DNA from: a virus
Lineage: Duplodnaviria; Caudoviricetes
Strand: one strand, 5' to 3'
IMG/VR virus record: IMGVR_UViG_3300024245_000004
Coordinates: 1 to 34,778 of that record
DNA: 34,778 nt
Positions 1 to 8,452 of the stretch are shown here, piece after piece (the first letter of the stretch is position 1; each line of letters begins with the position of its first letter). The position numbers and the translations under genes are program-made. Under the pieces are notes generated by a model, which had not been told where the DNA came from, did no database searches, and saw only the letters and a program-made list of their open reading frames with translations.

Positions 1-168
1 CAAGCCGTGCGAGCGCACATACATCGTGCGGTTAAACAGACTTTCGAGCGTCTGCTGCGGCGTTCCCTCGCTCAACAGCATCGCGGCGATATCGACCCAC
101 GTATTGTTGTCACTGATCTCTTGACGGAATGCCGCCTCGCGCTGCGCCGCTATCCAAGCGTTGGTCAT
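1..168 (-). CDS. Partial ORF running off the left edge; possibly a cell-wall hydrolase/endolysin N-terminus
   Basis: Own translation [56 protein letters not shown], with GGAG 8-11 nt upstream of the ATG at 168. LSEG...ESLFNR loosely resembles the E...NR motif of SleB/Hydrolase_2 enzymes; the function call is weak. Confidence 0.5.
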   Translation of the reverse strand, partial: MTNAWIAAQREAAFRQEISDNNTWVDIAAMLLSEGTPQQTLESLFNRTMYVRSHGL

Positions 169-180
169 CTCGTTGCTCCC

Positions 181-275
181 CGTTCATGACAAAGGCTGGT
201 CTAACACTCGCGTGCTCCCTCAGCACTGGGAATAGGACGGTGCTGCGCCTACTAGACCAGCCCATGTCATGAACG
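181..275 (-). ncRNA. Structured intergenic element (long stem closing two inner hairpins)
   Basis: 181-191 pairs perfectly with 265-275, and 194-203 with 253-262. Inner hairpins are GTGCT/AGCAC (212-226) and TAGG/CCTA (233-251). Confidence 0.5.
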
Positions 276-680
276 TCACCTGTTGCGATTGTTCATGCTG
301 TACGTTGCCCACCGCAGATTATGTCTACAGTTGTTAAGGGTGTCAAGGTAGTCGATATGGTCGACCAGCACATGCTCGGGCGTCGGGGGCGCGATGCCCG
401 TGCGCTTCATGATCTCGACGTGGAGGTAGACCGCTTCGCAGCGTTGGCGCCCATAGCCTTCTGCGTAGACGTCCCTCGTTCTCTTGAGGTAAGGCTTCCT
501 CCCCGGACGCCGCAGGATGCTCCAGCACCACTGCGATGCCCACGGGTAGTCGATAGGGTCGACCAATCCCCAGATGGACAACGCCGCGTCGCCATAGATG
601 CGCTGTGGCGTGTCCTCGATTGGCCAGGCCTCAAGGTCGAACGGATCACAGCTTAACTTCTGCAACGCAGATTGTGTCAT
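276..680 (-). CDS. HNH endonuclease
   Basis: C-terminal VDHIDYLDTLNNCRHNLRWATYSMNNRN is an HNH motif, preceded by YLHVEIM. Start taken at MTQS (680), uncertain. Confidence 0.85.
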   Translation of the reverse strand: MTQSALQKLSCDPFDLEAWPIEDTPQRIYGDAALSIWGLVDPIDYPWASQWCWSILRRPGRKPYLKRTRDVYAEGYGRQRCEAVYLHVEIMKRTGIAPPTPEHVLVDHIDYLDTLNNCRHNLRWATYSMNNRNR

Positions 681-1161
681 TGTGTGCCCCACCATGCGCT
701 ACCAGGAGGATTTCTAACAGATGATAGCCGCGTCCTTTCCCCATGCCACACGAGTTCCAGCCAAAGGACAGCACAACACCGTTGACAGCCATGCACTCAT
801 CCAGGGCGTCGCGCGCTTCCTTGTACAGCCGTCCGTTCTGCGTCTCTCGCGTGCCGCAAGACGCGCCGATAGTCTTGTAGAGCTCGGATATTTGTCTGGG
901 CGAATAAGGCGGGTCGAATATTCCGAGGTCACAGCGCACGTTTTCAAGCGCCAGGGCGCGCAAAAACTGCGCTGCGTCTTGGTGACTGCGCGCCTTAGTC
1001 GCCGGATCAAGGTCGTTTGTGTAGGTGAACCCCTCGTTATTTCGCGCGAAGGGGTCCACGCTGCACCTGGACACTGCAAAATACCGCTGCACGAACGCGG
1101 TTATAGGTGGAATTGAGAACGTGTCGCCGCTAGGCATGGCGAACACTCTGTTAAAAATCAT
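646..1161 (-). CDS. Small phage DNA adenine methyltransferase
   Basis: SVDPFA (SAM-binding motif I-like), TNDLDP, and catalytic FDPPY. Confidence 0.85.
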   Translation of the reverse strand: MIFNRVFAMPSGDTFSIPPITAFVQRYFAVSRCSVDPFARNNEGFTYTNDLDPATKARSHQDAAQFLRALALENVRCDLGIFDPPYSPRQISELYKTIGASCGTRETQNGRLYKEARDALDECMAVNGVVLSFGWNSCGMGKGRGYHLLEILLVAHGGAHNDTICVAEVKL

Positions 1162-1385
1162 TTGCGCTTGAACCTCCCGATGGTCTCATAGCTCCCCCGC
1201 GGCAAGTCGCTATCGAGGCACACCTGCTTGCAGCGGTAGTTGCAGTGCCTGTTGTGCAGATTGCACCAGTCGGGGTGTAACGACTGCGGGACGGGAATGG
1301 CTTCATCGAGCGACCCCAACCAGTTCAACAGGCCGATGGCAGCTGAACGCAGCATCAAGCGACAGAAAACCCTTATCGTCAGCAT
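1158..1385 (-). CDS. Hypothetical protein with Cys/His cluster
   Basis: Overlaps both neighbours in the operon; contains WCNLHNRHCNYRCKQVC. Confidence 0.55.
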   Translation of the reverse strand: MLTIRVFCRLMLRSAAIGLLNWLGSLDEAIPVPQSLHPDWCNLHNRHCNYRCKQVCLDSDLPRGSYETIGRFKRK

Positions 1386-1741
1386 TTGATATCTCCAAAA
1401 TTATCGATCAGGCGTCGCCTCCCCGTCACACCATCCAAAACCAAAGGGCTGGTGATATCTGGCGCAGTTCGTATCCTTCGAACATCCGTTTCACGTGGAG
1501 TAGTTGCTTTGGGCTCAACGCGGCCAGATTGCAGTACAGTGTTGGTTTTCGATACATCTTTAGCCTCCCCGATGGTCAACAGAATTTTAGCTTGATCTTT
1601 CGACCACGGCGCGGATCGTCCCTTCTCCCAGTTCCACACCGTGACCGTCGACACGTCGCAGAGTGACGCGACTTGCGCTTGTGTCAAGCCACGCGCCTTG
1701 CGCCGCTCGCGTAGCTCGGTGGCGAATTTAGTATCGCGCAT
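1379..1741 (-). CDS. XRE-family helix-turn-helix protein
   Basis: LRERRKARGLTQAQVASLCDVSTVTVWNWEKG; start taken at MRDTK after AAGGGG. Confidence 0.9.
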   Translation of the reverse strand: MRDTKFATELRERRKARGLTQAQVASLCDVSTVTVWNWEKGRSAPWSKDQAKILLTIGEAKDVSKTNTVLQSGRVEPKATTPRETDVRRIRTAPDITSPLVLDGVTGRRRLIDNFGDIKC

Positions 1742-2012
1742 GATCGCCCCTTTCTTTGGTTTCACGGATCGCGCGCTGTAAGCTTTCTCGGTCCTTAAAC
1801 GTGCGAACCAAGAGGCTCTTGAAGAAAGCAGCGGCCTCCCCTGGATCGGTCGTATCAGGGTAGGTGCCGTGCGACATGAGCGCTGCGCCGTGTACTAAGG
1901 CGAGATAGCCGCGCCAATGCTTGCCGTCGAAACGGCGCCGCACGACGCGAAAAGTCTCGCCTAGGTGCTCCACTGTCGCCAGCGCGCGGGCGCGGCTGTA
2001 ATCTTCAGGCAT
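1728..2012 (-). CDS. Hypothetical protein
   Basis: 94-aa ORF tiled within the leftward operon. Confidence 0.65.
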   Translation of the reverse strand: MPEDYSRARALATVEHLGETFRVVRRRFDGKHWRGYLALVHGAALMSHGTYPDTTDPGEAAAFFKSLLVRTFKDRESLQRAIRETKERGDHARY

Positions 2013-2184
2013 TTGGGTCCCCCGTCGATATGATGCGATACGCCGCGGCCACGCTGTCAGCTGCCTTAGCGATCAACAGCCGCTCGCCTTCGGTTAAGGT
2101 CGCCCCGCACGTAGCGATTGCTCGCAATTCGCGGGCATGCTCTTCGAGCTTTCGAGACACAGCGGGCAGACGGTTCATTGCCAT
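2005..2184 (-). CDS. Hypothetical helical protein
   Basis: MAMNRLPAVSRKLEEHARELRAIA...; GGAG upstream; tiles with neighbours. Confidence 0.6.
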   Translation of the reverse strand: MAMNRLPAVSRKLEEHARELRAIATCGATLTEGERLLIAKAADSVAAAYRIISTGDPNA

Positions 2185-2363
2185 GGCAACATCTCCCGGA
2201 GGTACAGCACTGCAAGTGGCACGATGAAGATGGAAAAGTAGAGCAACAGCCCCAGGACGGCGCACATGACGTCTAGCCGCTGTTCAAGTTCATGCTCGCG
2301 GATTGCCCTGCGGTACTGCGCTTGCAGGTGCGGCGCGTGGCGTAGCTTGTCGGCGCGGTTCAC
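2175..2363 (-). CDS. Small single-TM membrane protein
   Basis: Hydrophobic stretch VMCAVLGLLLYFSIFIVPLAVLYL; GTGA overlap with the upstream gene. Confidence 0.65.
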   Translation of the reverse strand: MNRADKLRHAPHLQAQYRRAIREHELEQRLDVMCAVLGLLLYFSIFIVPLAVLYLREMLPWQ

Positions 2364-2542
2364 GGCGACACTCCACGCTGTTCGTGCAAATCCACTGTGT
2401 GGGTTACTTGTGCGTCGCAGTCTTTAACTGTGAACACAGTTGCCCAAGTGCCTTCATGCTGCGCTTGTCGCGCCATCTCCGCGGCCTCTTCCGGTGTGTC
2501 CGCTTCTATGTCGATTTCCCAGATGCAAATGTAGCGCTTCAT
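2360..2542 (-). CDS. Hypothetical acidic protein
   Basis: Strong RBS AGGAGGAAGG; contains WEIDIEADTPEEAAEMA. Confidence 0.75.
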   Translation of the reverse strand: MKRYICIWEIDIEADTPEEAAEMARQAQHEGTWATVFTVKDCDAQVTHTVDLHEQRGVSP

Positions 2543-2607
2543 AGTCCTTCCTCCTGTTCGACTTGGTTGCCGTCACTAGCGTGCACGCGACACGCCAGGA
2601 AGAGCAA

Positions 2608-2913
2608 TCAGGCTACTTTCGCTTTACGCCGCGAGAAAGTGATTTCGTCCTTATCGAAAGGCATATCTCCGCCATCTGGCCTGCGAATGAACCAGTCGAA
2701 ATCATGCTGGAACACGCTGTAGCCCAAACCAAATTGACGCGCGGCTTGGTTCATCTTGCGCTTCGTGGTCACCGTGCGCCACCCGCCAGTGCGTAGCGTT
2801 ATTGTGTCTGCATCCCACTCCACAATCCGAGTGCGCACGTAGCTAACACCGCCCGTGTCGCCGCAGGTGTCCCATAACGTGCGGTAGTTAGAAAGTCGAT
2901 CCATACTTGGCAT
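2608..2913 (-). CDS. Hypothetical phage protein
   Basis: MPSMDRLSNY... after AAAGGA; contains ITLRTGGWRTVTTKRKMNQ. Confidence 0.75.
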   Translation of the reverse strand: MPSMDRLSNYRTLWDTCGDTGGVSYVRTRIVEWDADTITLRTGGWRTVTTKRKMNQAARQFGLGYSVFQHDFDWFIRRPDGGDMPFDKDEITFSRRKAKVA

Positions 2914-2971
2914 ATCCTTTGATCCTTCCGGTTTCGTTCCCCTCGTTTGATTGGTGTGGATTAGCGCGCTG

Positions 2972-3133
2972 TCAGAAATTCCAGCAGCGCGCGCCACGTT
3001 CCGCTGCGATCCGGCGGGCTTCCACCTTGCCCGACACAACGATTTCTTCGCAAGGCGTGCCGAAACGCGGCGCCGGGCTGTTGCTGATAACGACGACTTT
3101 CCGGTGCGTGGTGGCGTAGTAATGAGCGTACAT
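2972..3133 (-). CDS. 53-aa hypothetical protein (absent from the ORF track)
   Basis: MYAHYYATTHRKVVVISNSPAPRFGTPCEEIVVSGKVEARRIAAERGARCWNF; RBS AAAGGA; first gene after the promoter at 3166-3193. Confidence 0.75.
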   Translation of the reverse strand: MYAHYYATTHRKVVVISNSPAPRFGTPCEEIVVSGKVEARRIAAERGARCWNF

Positions 3134-3165
3134 GGCGTTGGTCCTTTCTGTGCTCCGATGTACGC

Positions 3166-3193
3166 ACTATAACACGTGTAGCAGCGGTGTCAA
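3166..3193 (-). promoter_or_regulatory. Sigma70-type early promoter
   Basis: TTGACA-16nt-TATAGT with TGn extension; an upstream AT palindrome TTTTTATATAAAAA lies at 3197-3210. Confidence 0.75.
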
Positions 3194-3211
3194 CAGTTTT
3201 TATATAAAAAG

Positions 3212-3694
3212 TTATAGGCCATGGCGTTTATTATAGTCGAACAGAGTTTCGCCAGGTAAGGCGTCGGGGTGCACTTCGGCTGACATGGTTTTAGCGCGCT
3301 CGTCTTTGGCTTTCAGTTCGGCCGATTTGGCCGCACGCGCTTCGATGTATGCCTGCGAGCGGAGCACGTCATCACTCCAAGGGACTTGCACGGTCTCGCC
3401 GAACTCGTTCTCAGCCATGCATGGCCCTAGCAAGTTGTCGGGGTGTATGTCTCGCTTTACCCACAGCGCGGCTTTGTACATCGATTTGCGGTATAGATCG
3501 GGGTAGTTCTTTTGCACCACTGGCTTGGCCGAGACCGCAGCTGCGTTGCCGCTTGTATCGTACTTGGCAGGGACTGGCTGCTTTCCCTTTTCCCACCTGT
3601 TGATGGTCTCTCGCGAGACGCCAAGGTGCTGTGCCATGCCTGCTTGCGAGAAGCCAAGCTTGTTGCGCCACGCTATGAAGTCGAACGGTCCCAT
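3212..3694 (-). CDS. XRE-HTH protein with unknown C-terminal domain
   Basis: WRNKLGFSQAGMAQHLGVSRETINRWEKGKQPVP; AAAGGA upstream. Confidence 0.85.
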   Translation of the reverse strand: MGPFDFIAWRNKLGFSQAGMAQHLGVSRETINRWEKGKQPVPAKYDTSGNAAAVSAKPVVQKNYPDLYRKSMYKAALWVKRDIHPDNLLGPCMAENEFGETVQVPWSDDVLRSQAYIEARAAKSAELKAKDERAKTMSAEVHPDALPGETLFDYNKRHGL

Positions 3695-3699
3695 GATCC

Positions 3700-4390
3700 A
3701 TGTCCTTTTTTAGTGTCATACAGTGACAACACCATCACACGGATTATCGTTATATTTCAACGGTATTTTTTATCACAATCACGTGACATGTCACACATTA
3801 AAAACCGTCGTCTTAGCGTCTCAAATGCTGTTTTTAGCTTAAAAGCTTACGCAGCGGGTCGCTCGCCCTCGGTGGCGGAGGTACCTAGGTGCTAGTTTTT
3901 AGCTAGAAATCTGTCTAGCAATAGTATCCCGCTGGGAAATAGCGCCTTGGAAATTAGATGTGACAGTGACGCATGTGATGTGACACGACAATTTTTTCCT
4001 AAGTCCTATTTTCCAGAGTGGATAGTTAGATAGTAATACTACAACTATAATAAATTGGTATTGTAAGTTATTGTAATGTTTAGGCATTTAAACAATCCCA
4101 CCCCCCTGGCTAGCTTCCGCCTAGTTATAACTGTAAACCATTGATATCATTGGTGTTTAAACTAGAACCTAAGAACTTACACGCGACACTTAAGCCTCCA
4201 CAACCTCCGCGCGTTACCCCATTAAGGCATTGATACTATTAAGGATTTAAGGTTCTTAGCTAAGAACTTGGGATAGCGGGGGCCGAGGCGGGGCTTGGAA
4301 AAATTTCGTCACCCGAATTCCGAGGTGCAGATTTTTGGGAAATCGCTTGACAAACTTAAATTATTAGGCGAAAATTTTTAAAAATAGGAG
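3700..4390. promoter_or_regulatory. AT-rich divergent control region (candidate origin, operator or packaging/terminal region)
   Basis: No credible ORF; repeated GTGACA/TGTCAC motifs; palindromes at 3783-3794 and 4252-4267; gene orientation switches here. Confidence 0.6.
4347..4375 (+). promoter_or_regulatory. Possible sigma70 promoter
   Basis: TTGACA-17nt-GAAAAT ahead of AGGAG and the ATG at 4398. Confidence 0.45.
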
Positions 4391-4397
4391 TTTGCCC

Positions 4398-4859
4398 ATG
4401 CCCTTATGTTCGAAATGCAAAGTTGTCGAAGTCGTGCGGGCCGGATATTGCGCAGCGTGCATGCGCCGCTACATGCGAGAGTACATGCGGGCGCACGCCA
4501 ACGACCCCGGTGTGCGCGAGAAGGCGCGCGAGCGGCAGGCGAGGTGGAGAGCCGCGAACCCAGATTACAATCAAAAGCACCGCGAGAAAAACGCCGCACG
4601 CTACCAGCGTCGGTCGAGAGAGAAACGTCTGGCAAAATATGGGCTGACTGCGGAGCAGTACGAGCAAAGGCTGGTGCAGCAACATGGGCGCTGCGCGATT
4701 TGCGGGATCATCCCTGACGGCTGGATGCTCGCGGTGGACCACGACCATGAAACGGGGCGCGTGCGAGGACTTCTATGTGGGATGTGCAATCAAGGACTTG
4801 GCATGTTCGAAGACGCGGTCGAATTTTTAGAAAGGGCGATCGCGTATTTAAAGGCATAA
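4398..4859 (+). CDS. Endonuclease VII-family (HNH-fold) nuclease
   Basis: YGLTAEQY...GRCAICG...LAVDHDHETGRVRGLLCGMCNQGLG; N-terminal CxxC...CxxC. Confidence 0.92.
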   Translation: MPLCSKCKVVEVVRAGYCAACMRRYMREYMRAHANDPGVREKARERQARWRAANPDYNQKHREKNAARYQRRSREKRLAKYGLTAEQYEQRLVQQHGRCAICGIIPDGWMLAVDHDHETGRVRGLLCGMCNQGLGMFEDAVEFLERAIAYLKA

Positions 4860-4884
4860 AAAAAAGACCCCGCACCGCGGGGCC
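4858..4884 (-). terminator. Intrinsic terminator
   Basis: Minus strand reads GGCCCCGC-GGT-GCGGGGTC followed by T8, downstream of the 4914 stop. Confidence 0.8.
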
Positions 4885-4913
4885 AAGGACTAGGGAGGAA
4901 CCCTGGGGTCTGG

Positions 4914-5576
4914 TTAGGACCCCGACGCCGCAGCCTGCGCTGGATCGATCGGCTTGGCAACGGTTTTCTGCGGTGGCAGCGTTTCGTCATCTACCATGGC
5001 CGGCACTGGCGGATCGCGATCGCTGCCGACCGGCGCCCATGGCTGCGCGACGTCTGATTGCACTTGGCTGTCTTCCACGTCGCGCTTCGCGGCTTGCTCG
5101 TCATGACGCTTGAGCACCTGCCGCTGTTCGTCGAGCGCTTCCTGCTTCGCCGTGACCGCAGCTTCTTCCCGCTCGCGGTGCTGCTTCATCGTTTCACCCG
5201 AGGCAACGCCGATCGCACGGTTCGCGTCGAGTTCTGCCTTGGCAGCCGCGGGGTCCGGGTGTTGCGCTGCCTGCGCGTCGTGCCAGTCCGACCCGAGAGG
5301 CGTAGCATTGCCGACGCCGGTTTGTGCTGGCGCATCGTTCGGTTGTGGCGTGTCCACACCTGGCAGCTTCGGGTGGTTCTGGATATTCTTCACGCCGCCA
5401 TCTGGATAGAAGAACACGGTGGACACTTTGCCGTTGGCGGTGATCCGCAGCCACTGCGTCGTCTCGTTCGACTTCGGGTCGTCGGGATCGACACCGGGAG
5501 GAAGCGGGTGGCGACCGATGGCCAGCTGCACGCTGGTGAAGGCGTCGGTGATTTCCTGTTCTTTGATCGAAAACAT
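4914..5576 (-). CDS. Hypothetical protein (globular N-terminus, P/A/Q-rich and coiled C-terminus)
   Basis: MFSIKEQEITD... after AGGAG; C/G-ending codons; has its own terminator. Confidence 0.8.
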   Translation of the reverse strand: MFSIKEQEITDAFTSVQLAIGRHPLPPGVDPDDPKSNETTQWLRITANGKVSTVFFYPDGGVKNIQNHPKLPGVDTPQPNDAPAQTGVGNATPLGSDWHDAQAAQHPDPAAAKAELDANRAIGVASGETMKQHREREEAAVTAKQEALDEQRQVLKRHDEQAAKRDVEDSQVQSDVAQPWAPVGSDRDPPVPAMVDDETLPPQKTVAKPIDPAQAAASGS

Positions 5577-5602
5577 TTTGGAGATCTCCTGTTGTAGTAC
5601 AG

Positions 5603-5632
5603 TTGACAAGCTTGACACACCTAGCATACAGT
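5603..5632 (+). promoter_or_regulatory. Sigma70-type promoter for the packaging operon
   Basis: TTGACA-18nt-TACAGT, with a second TTGACA at 5612-5617. Confidence 0.55.
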
Positions 5633-5659
5633 GTGCGCAACGATAACGCGAGAGGGACC

Positions 5660-5866
5660 ATGTCAGTTCGATCCCACGTCTTCACGAATTCGTCCTCGAT
5701 CCTCTCCGCGACGTGGGACGACGACAGCAACGAGCTGACGATCGTCTTCAAGTCGGGTCGGTCTTACATCTACGAGAATGTGCCTGAGACGGTGTGGGAC
5801 GGCTTTACATCGGCCGGCTCCGCAGGGCAGTATTTCCACCAGAACATCCGAGAGGTTTATTCGTGA
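5660..5866 (+). CDS. KTSC-domain protein
   Basis: SSSILSATWDDDSNELTIVFKSGRSYIYENVP...SAGSAGQYFHQNIR. Confidence 0.92.
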   Translation: MSVRSHVFTNSSSILSATWDDDSNELTIVFKSGRSYIYENVPETVWDGFTSAGSAGQYFHQNIREVYS

Positions 5867-6042
5867 TCGAACCCTATCGCTACAACCCGCACGCCCCCTC
5901 GCACGTCAATCAGCAGGCGCGGGAGGAAGCGAAGAAGCGCGGCGAGGACGTCACGGGCGAGGACGCCAAGCAGACGCAGGACGAGGAAGGCGCGCTCGGC
6001 TCGCGGACGACCAACCCCGCGCCCTTTGGAGCACGAGGATGA
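5863..6042 (+). CDS. Hypothetical protein
   Basis: GTGA-coupled to KTSC with GAGG upstream; ATGA-coupled to the next gene. Confidence 0.65.
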   Translation: MIEPYRYNPHAPSHVNQQAREEAKKRGEDVTGEDAKQTQDEEGALGSRTTNPAPFGARG

Positions 6043-6176
6043 AAGGCAGTAAGCCAAAGAAGATGCCGTTCAACCGGGGACAGCAGGGCACGGCGCCCGG
6101 GGGCACCCCGACCAAGTCGCCCAAGGCGAAGTCGGCGAGTGGCGGCAAGGGCCGCGGGGCGAAGCGCGGGAGATAG
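6039..6176 (+). CDS. Small K/G/R-rich basic protein
   Basis: MKGSKPKKMPFNRGQQGTAPGGTPTKSPKAKSASGGKGRGAKRGR. Confidence 0.65.
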   Translation: MKGSKPKKMPFNRGQQGTAPGGTPTKSPKAKSASGGKGRGAKRGR

Positions 6177-6179
6177 CAG

Positions 6180-6464
6180 ATGGGCAGCAGCTATTTCGGT
6201 TCGGCGATTGCGCGAGAAGAGCGTATCGCCCGTGAACAGCAGCAACGGTTGGACGCTGAAGCGCAACTTTCAAAGGCGAGGACAGCCTTGGCGGCAAAGA
6301 TTGTTATGGCTGTTGTTGACCGCATCATTCTCGAAATAGTTCGCCCCGGCCCAAAACCAGAAGAACGCGAATGCTACGAGATGGCCGGCGAGATGCGGGC
6401 GGCCATCCCTGAGCTGGAGAAACTTGCGAAAGACATTATCGACGTCGAAGATGGCGTTGGTTGA
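6180..6464 (+). CDS. Hypothetical helical protein
   Basis: 94 aa; TGATG-coupled to the terminase gene. Confidence 0.7.
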   Translation: MGSSYFGSAIAREERIAREQQQRLDAEAQLSKARTALAAKIVMAVVDRIILEIVRPGPKPEERECYEMAGEMRAAIPELEKLAKDIIDVEDGVG

Positions 6465-8452
6465 TGCTCCCTTCCGATCTCACGGACAAAGAGCGTCTGA
6501 TTGCCCAGCTGGCCCAGGACCACCGGCTGGCGCATCAGACGCTCTTTGGGCACCGCCACCCGCAGGAGACGCCGCCTTTCCATTACGAGATGATCGATGA
6601 CCTTCACGGAGACGAGAAGCGAATTATCGAGCTGGCGTTTCGTGGCGCCGGAAAATCGACGATCGCTGAAGAGTACGTCTGCCTATCGGCTTGTTTCGCA
6701 CGGTTCAGGAATTTCATCATTGTGGGTGAAAGTTCGACGCGGGCCTGCGAGCGGTTGGCGGCTATTAAGCACGAGATCGATTTCAACGAATGGATCGGGT
6801 ATCTGTTCGGAAGTCTTCACGGACCGGTATGGAACGAGGATAAAGTTGTCCTCACGAATGGCTGCGTTATTCAAGCATTTGGACGCCTGCAATCTCTCCG
6901 CGGGACGAAGCATGACGATGTACGGCCGGATGGAGCGTTGATCGATGACGTCGAAGACGAAGAAAGTGTCGAGACGCCTCAAGGCCGGGACAAGGTCCAG
7001 CGATGGATCATGCGAACGTTACTGCCCGCGCTGGCTCCTGGAGCCAAGGTGCGAATGCTTGCAAACCTTCTTGACCCGGACTGCCTTGCTGTTCGTCTCC
7101 GTAAGACCGGCAGCTGGGTTGTCCGAGAGTACCCCTGGGAATTCATTCGCAAGGCTGACAATGTCCGCTGCGCAACGTGGCCGTCGCGGTTCTCGCTGAA
7201 GCACATTGATCAGACGCGAGCCGAGTACGAGGCTGCCGGCATGGTCAACGAGTACATGCAGGAGTACATGGTGCAGGCAGTCGACCCCTCGACGCGCGTG
7301 TTCACGCAGGCCACGTTCAAGGTAGTGCTGCGCGTGCGGACATGGGAGCCGTGCTATGCGATGTACGACCCGGCGCGCACGGTCAAGCGGACGTCGTCTC
7401 TCACCGGCAAGGTGGTGTTCTCATGGGTAGGGCAGAAGCTGATCGTGTGGGAGGCAGACGGGCAGGCATGGATGCCCGACCAAATTATCAACGATGTTTT
7501 CCAGACGGCTCAGACATATGCGCCTATCAAGATTGGTGTCGAGAAAGAAGGGCTCGAAGAATTTCTCTTGCAGCCTTTAAGAGCGGAGATGACACTCCGA
7601 CGATCTATTATCCCTGTAGTTGCGATGCCTGCGCCTGTCGGCAAGCTGGAATTCATCCGATCTTTGCAGCCCTTCTTTTTAAGCGGCCTGATCGAGTTTG
7701 CGAAGGACGTCCCCGTTCTCTTCCAGCAACTGCTATCGTATCCAACTGGAAAGAATGACGTCGCCAATGCGCTAGCCTACGCGCTGCGCATGCGGCCCGG
7801 CCTTCCGATCTACGACAACTTCGGGTTCAAGAATGTCCAAGAAGACGTCGAGCTGCTACGTGGAGCCGATTGCGTGCTTTCGGTTAATGCTTCCAGACAG
7901 TACACAGCTGCTGTTCTGTTTCAACGTCGAGGGGGGATCGTGTTTGTACTCCGCGACTGGCTGGCCGAAGGTGATCCCGGCGCCACTCTTCCCGCACTGG
8001 CGGGAGATATCCGCCTAGCCTCGTTAGGAGAAACGACCCATGCCTACGCCCCGTCCCGACATTTCGTTGGTCTCGACAGCATCGGACTACAGCCAGCAGC
8101 TCGAAGAGCTAAACTGCGCATTAGCCAAGGCGGCGCGGAACCTGCTGGGAGGGATGAACTGCGAAATCTTATCGACAGGACGGTGGGAAATTTCCCTGCT
8201 CTTCTCGTGTCAACACGAGCCCGGTGGACCCTTAACGCATTGGCGGGCGGTTATGCCCGCGCCGTGGGGGATACAGGACGAGTTACTGAAATCGCCGACG
8301 ATGGACCCTACAAAGTCCTAATGGAAGGGCTGGAAAGCACTATTGCCGTGGCGGCTGGTTCGGGCGATAGTGCCGGCGAAGGCAATTACGCGGTCGACCC
8401 GCAGGGTCGGCGGTATTTGTCAGCGCGGGCACAGCACCATGGCGGACGATGA
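6464..8452 (+). CDS. terL: Terminase large subunit
   Basis: Walker A AFRGAGKST, SLRG, Walker B ALIDDVEDEE, QEYM, nuclease motifs MYDPA and IGVE; lies before the portal gene. Confidence 0.93.
   Translation: MLPSDLTDKERLIAQLAQDHRLAHQTLFGHRHPQETPPFHYEMIDDLHGDEKRIIELAFRGAGKSTIAEEYVCLSACFARFRNFIIVGESSTRACERLAAIKHEIDFNEWIGYLFGSLHGPVWNEDKVVLTNGCVIQAFGRLQSLRGTKHDDVRPDGALIDDVEDEESVETPQGRDKVQRWIMRTLLPALAPGAKVRMLANLLDPDCLAVRLRKTGSWVVREYPWEFIRKADNVRCATWPSRFSLKHIDQTRAEYEAAGMVNEYMQEYMVQAVDPSTRVFTQATFKVVLRVRTWEPCYAMYDPARTVKRTSSLTGKVVFSWVGQKLIVWEADGQAWMPDQIINDVFQTAQTYAPIKIGVEKEGLEEFLLQPLRAEMTLRRSIIPVVAMPAPVGKLEFIRSLQPFFLSGLIEFAKDVPVLFQQLLSYPTGKNDVANALAYALRMRPGLPIYDNFGFKNVQEDVELLRGADCVLSVNASRQYTAAVLFQRRGGIVFVLRDWLAEGDPGATLPALAGDIRLASLGETTHAYAPSRHFVGLDSIGLQPAARRAKLRISQGGAEPAGRDELRNLIDRTVGNFPALLVSTRARWTLNALAGGYARAVGDTGRVTEIADDGPYKVLMEGLESTIAVAAGSGDSAGEGNYAVDPQGRRYLSARAQHHGGR

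Noticed and set aside
181-275. tRNA gene
   Set aside because: No TTCRA T-loop, no D-arm consensus, only two inner arms, and no CCA end.
4200-4270. CtrA boxes (TTAA-N7-TTAA)
   Set aside because: TTAA half-sites are present, but with 13- and 4-nt gaps rather than 7.
8343-8438. Longer starts given by the ORF track (portal 8343; also 10441, 11822, 19176, 3039 and 5627)
   Set aside because: The extensions overlap neighbouring genes or promoter regions. Downstream ATGs fit RBS or stop-start coupling better and, for 10441, 11822 and 19176, expose the signal peptides.
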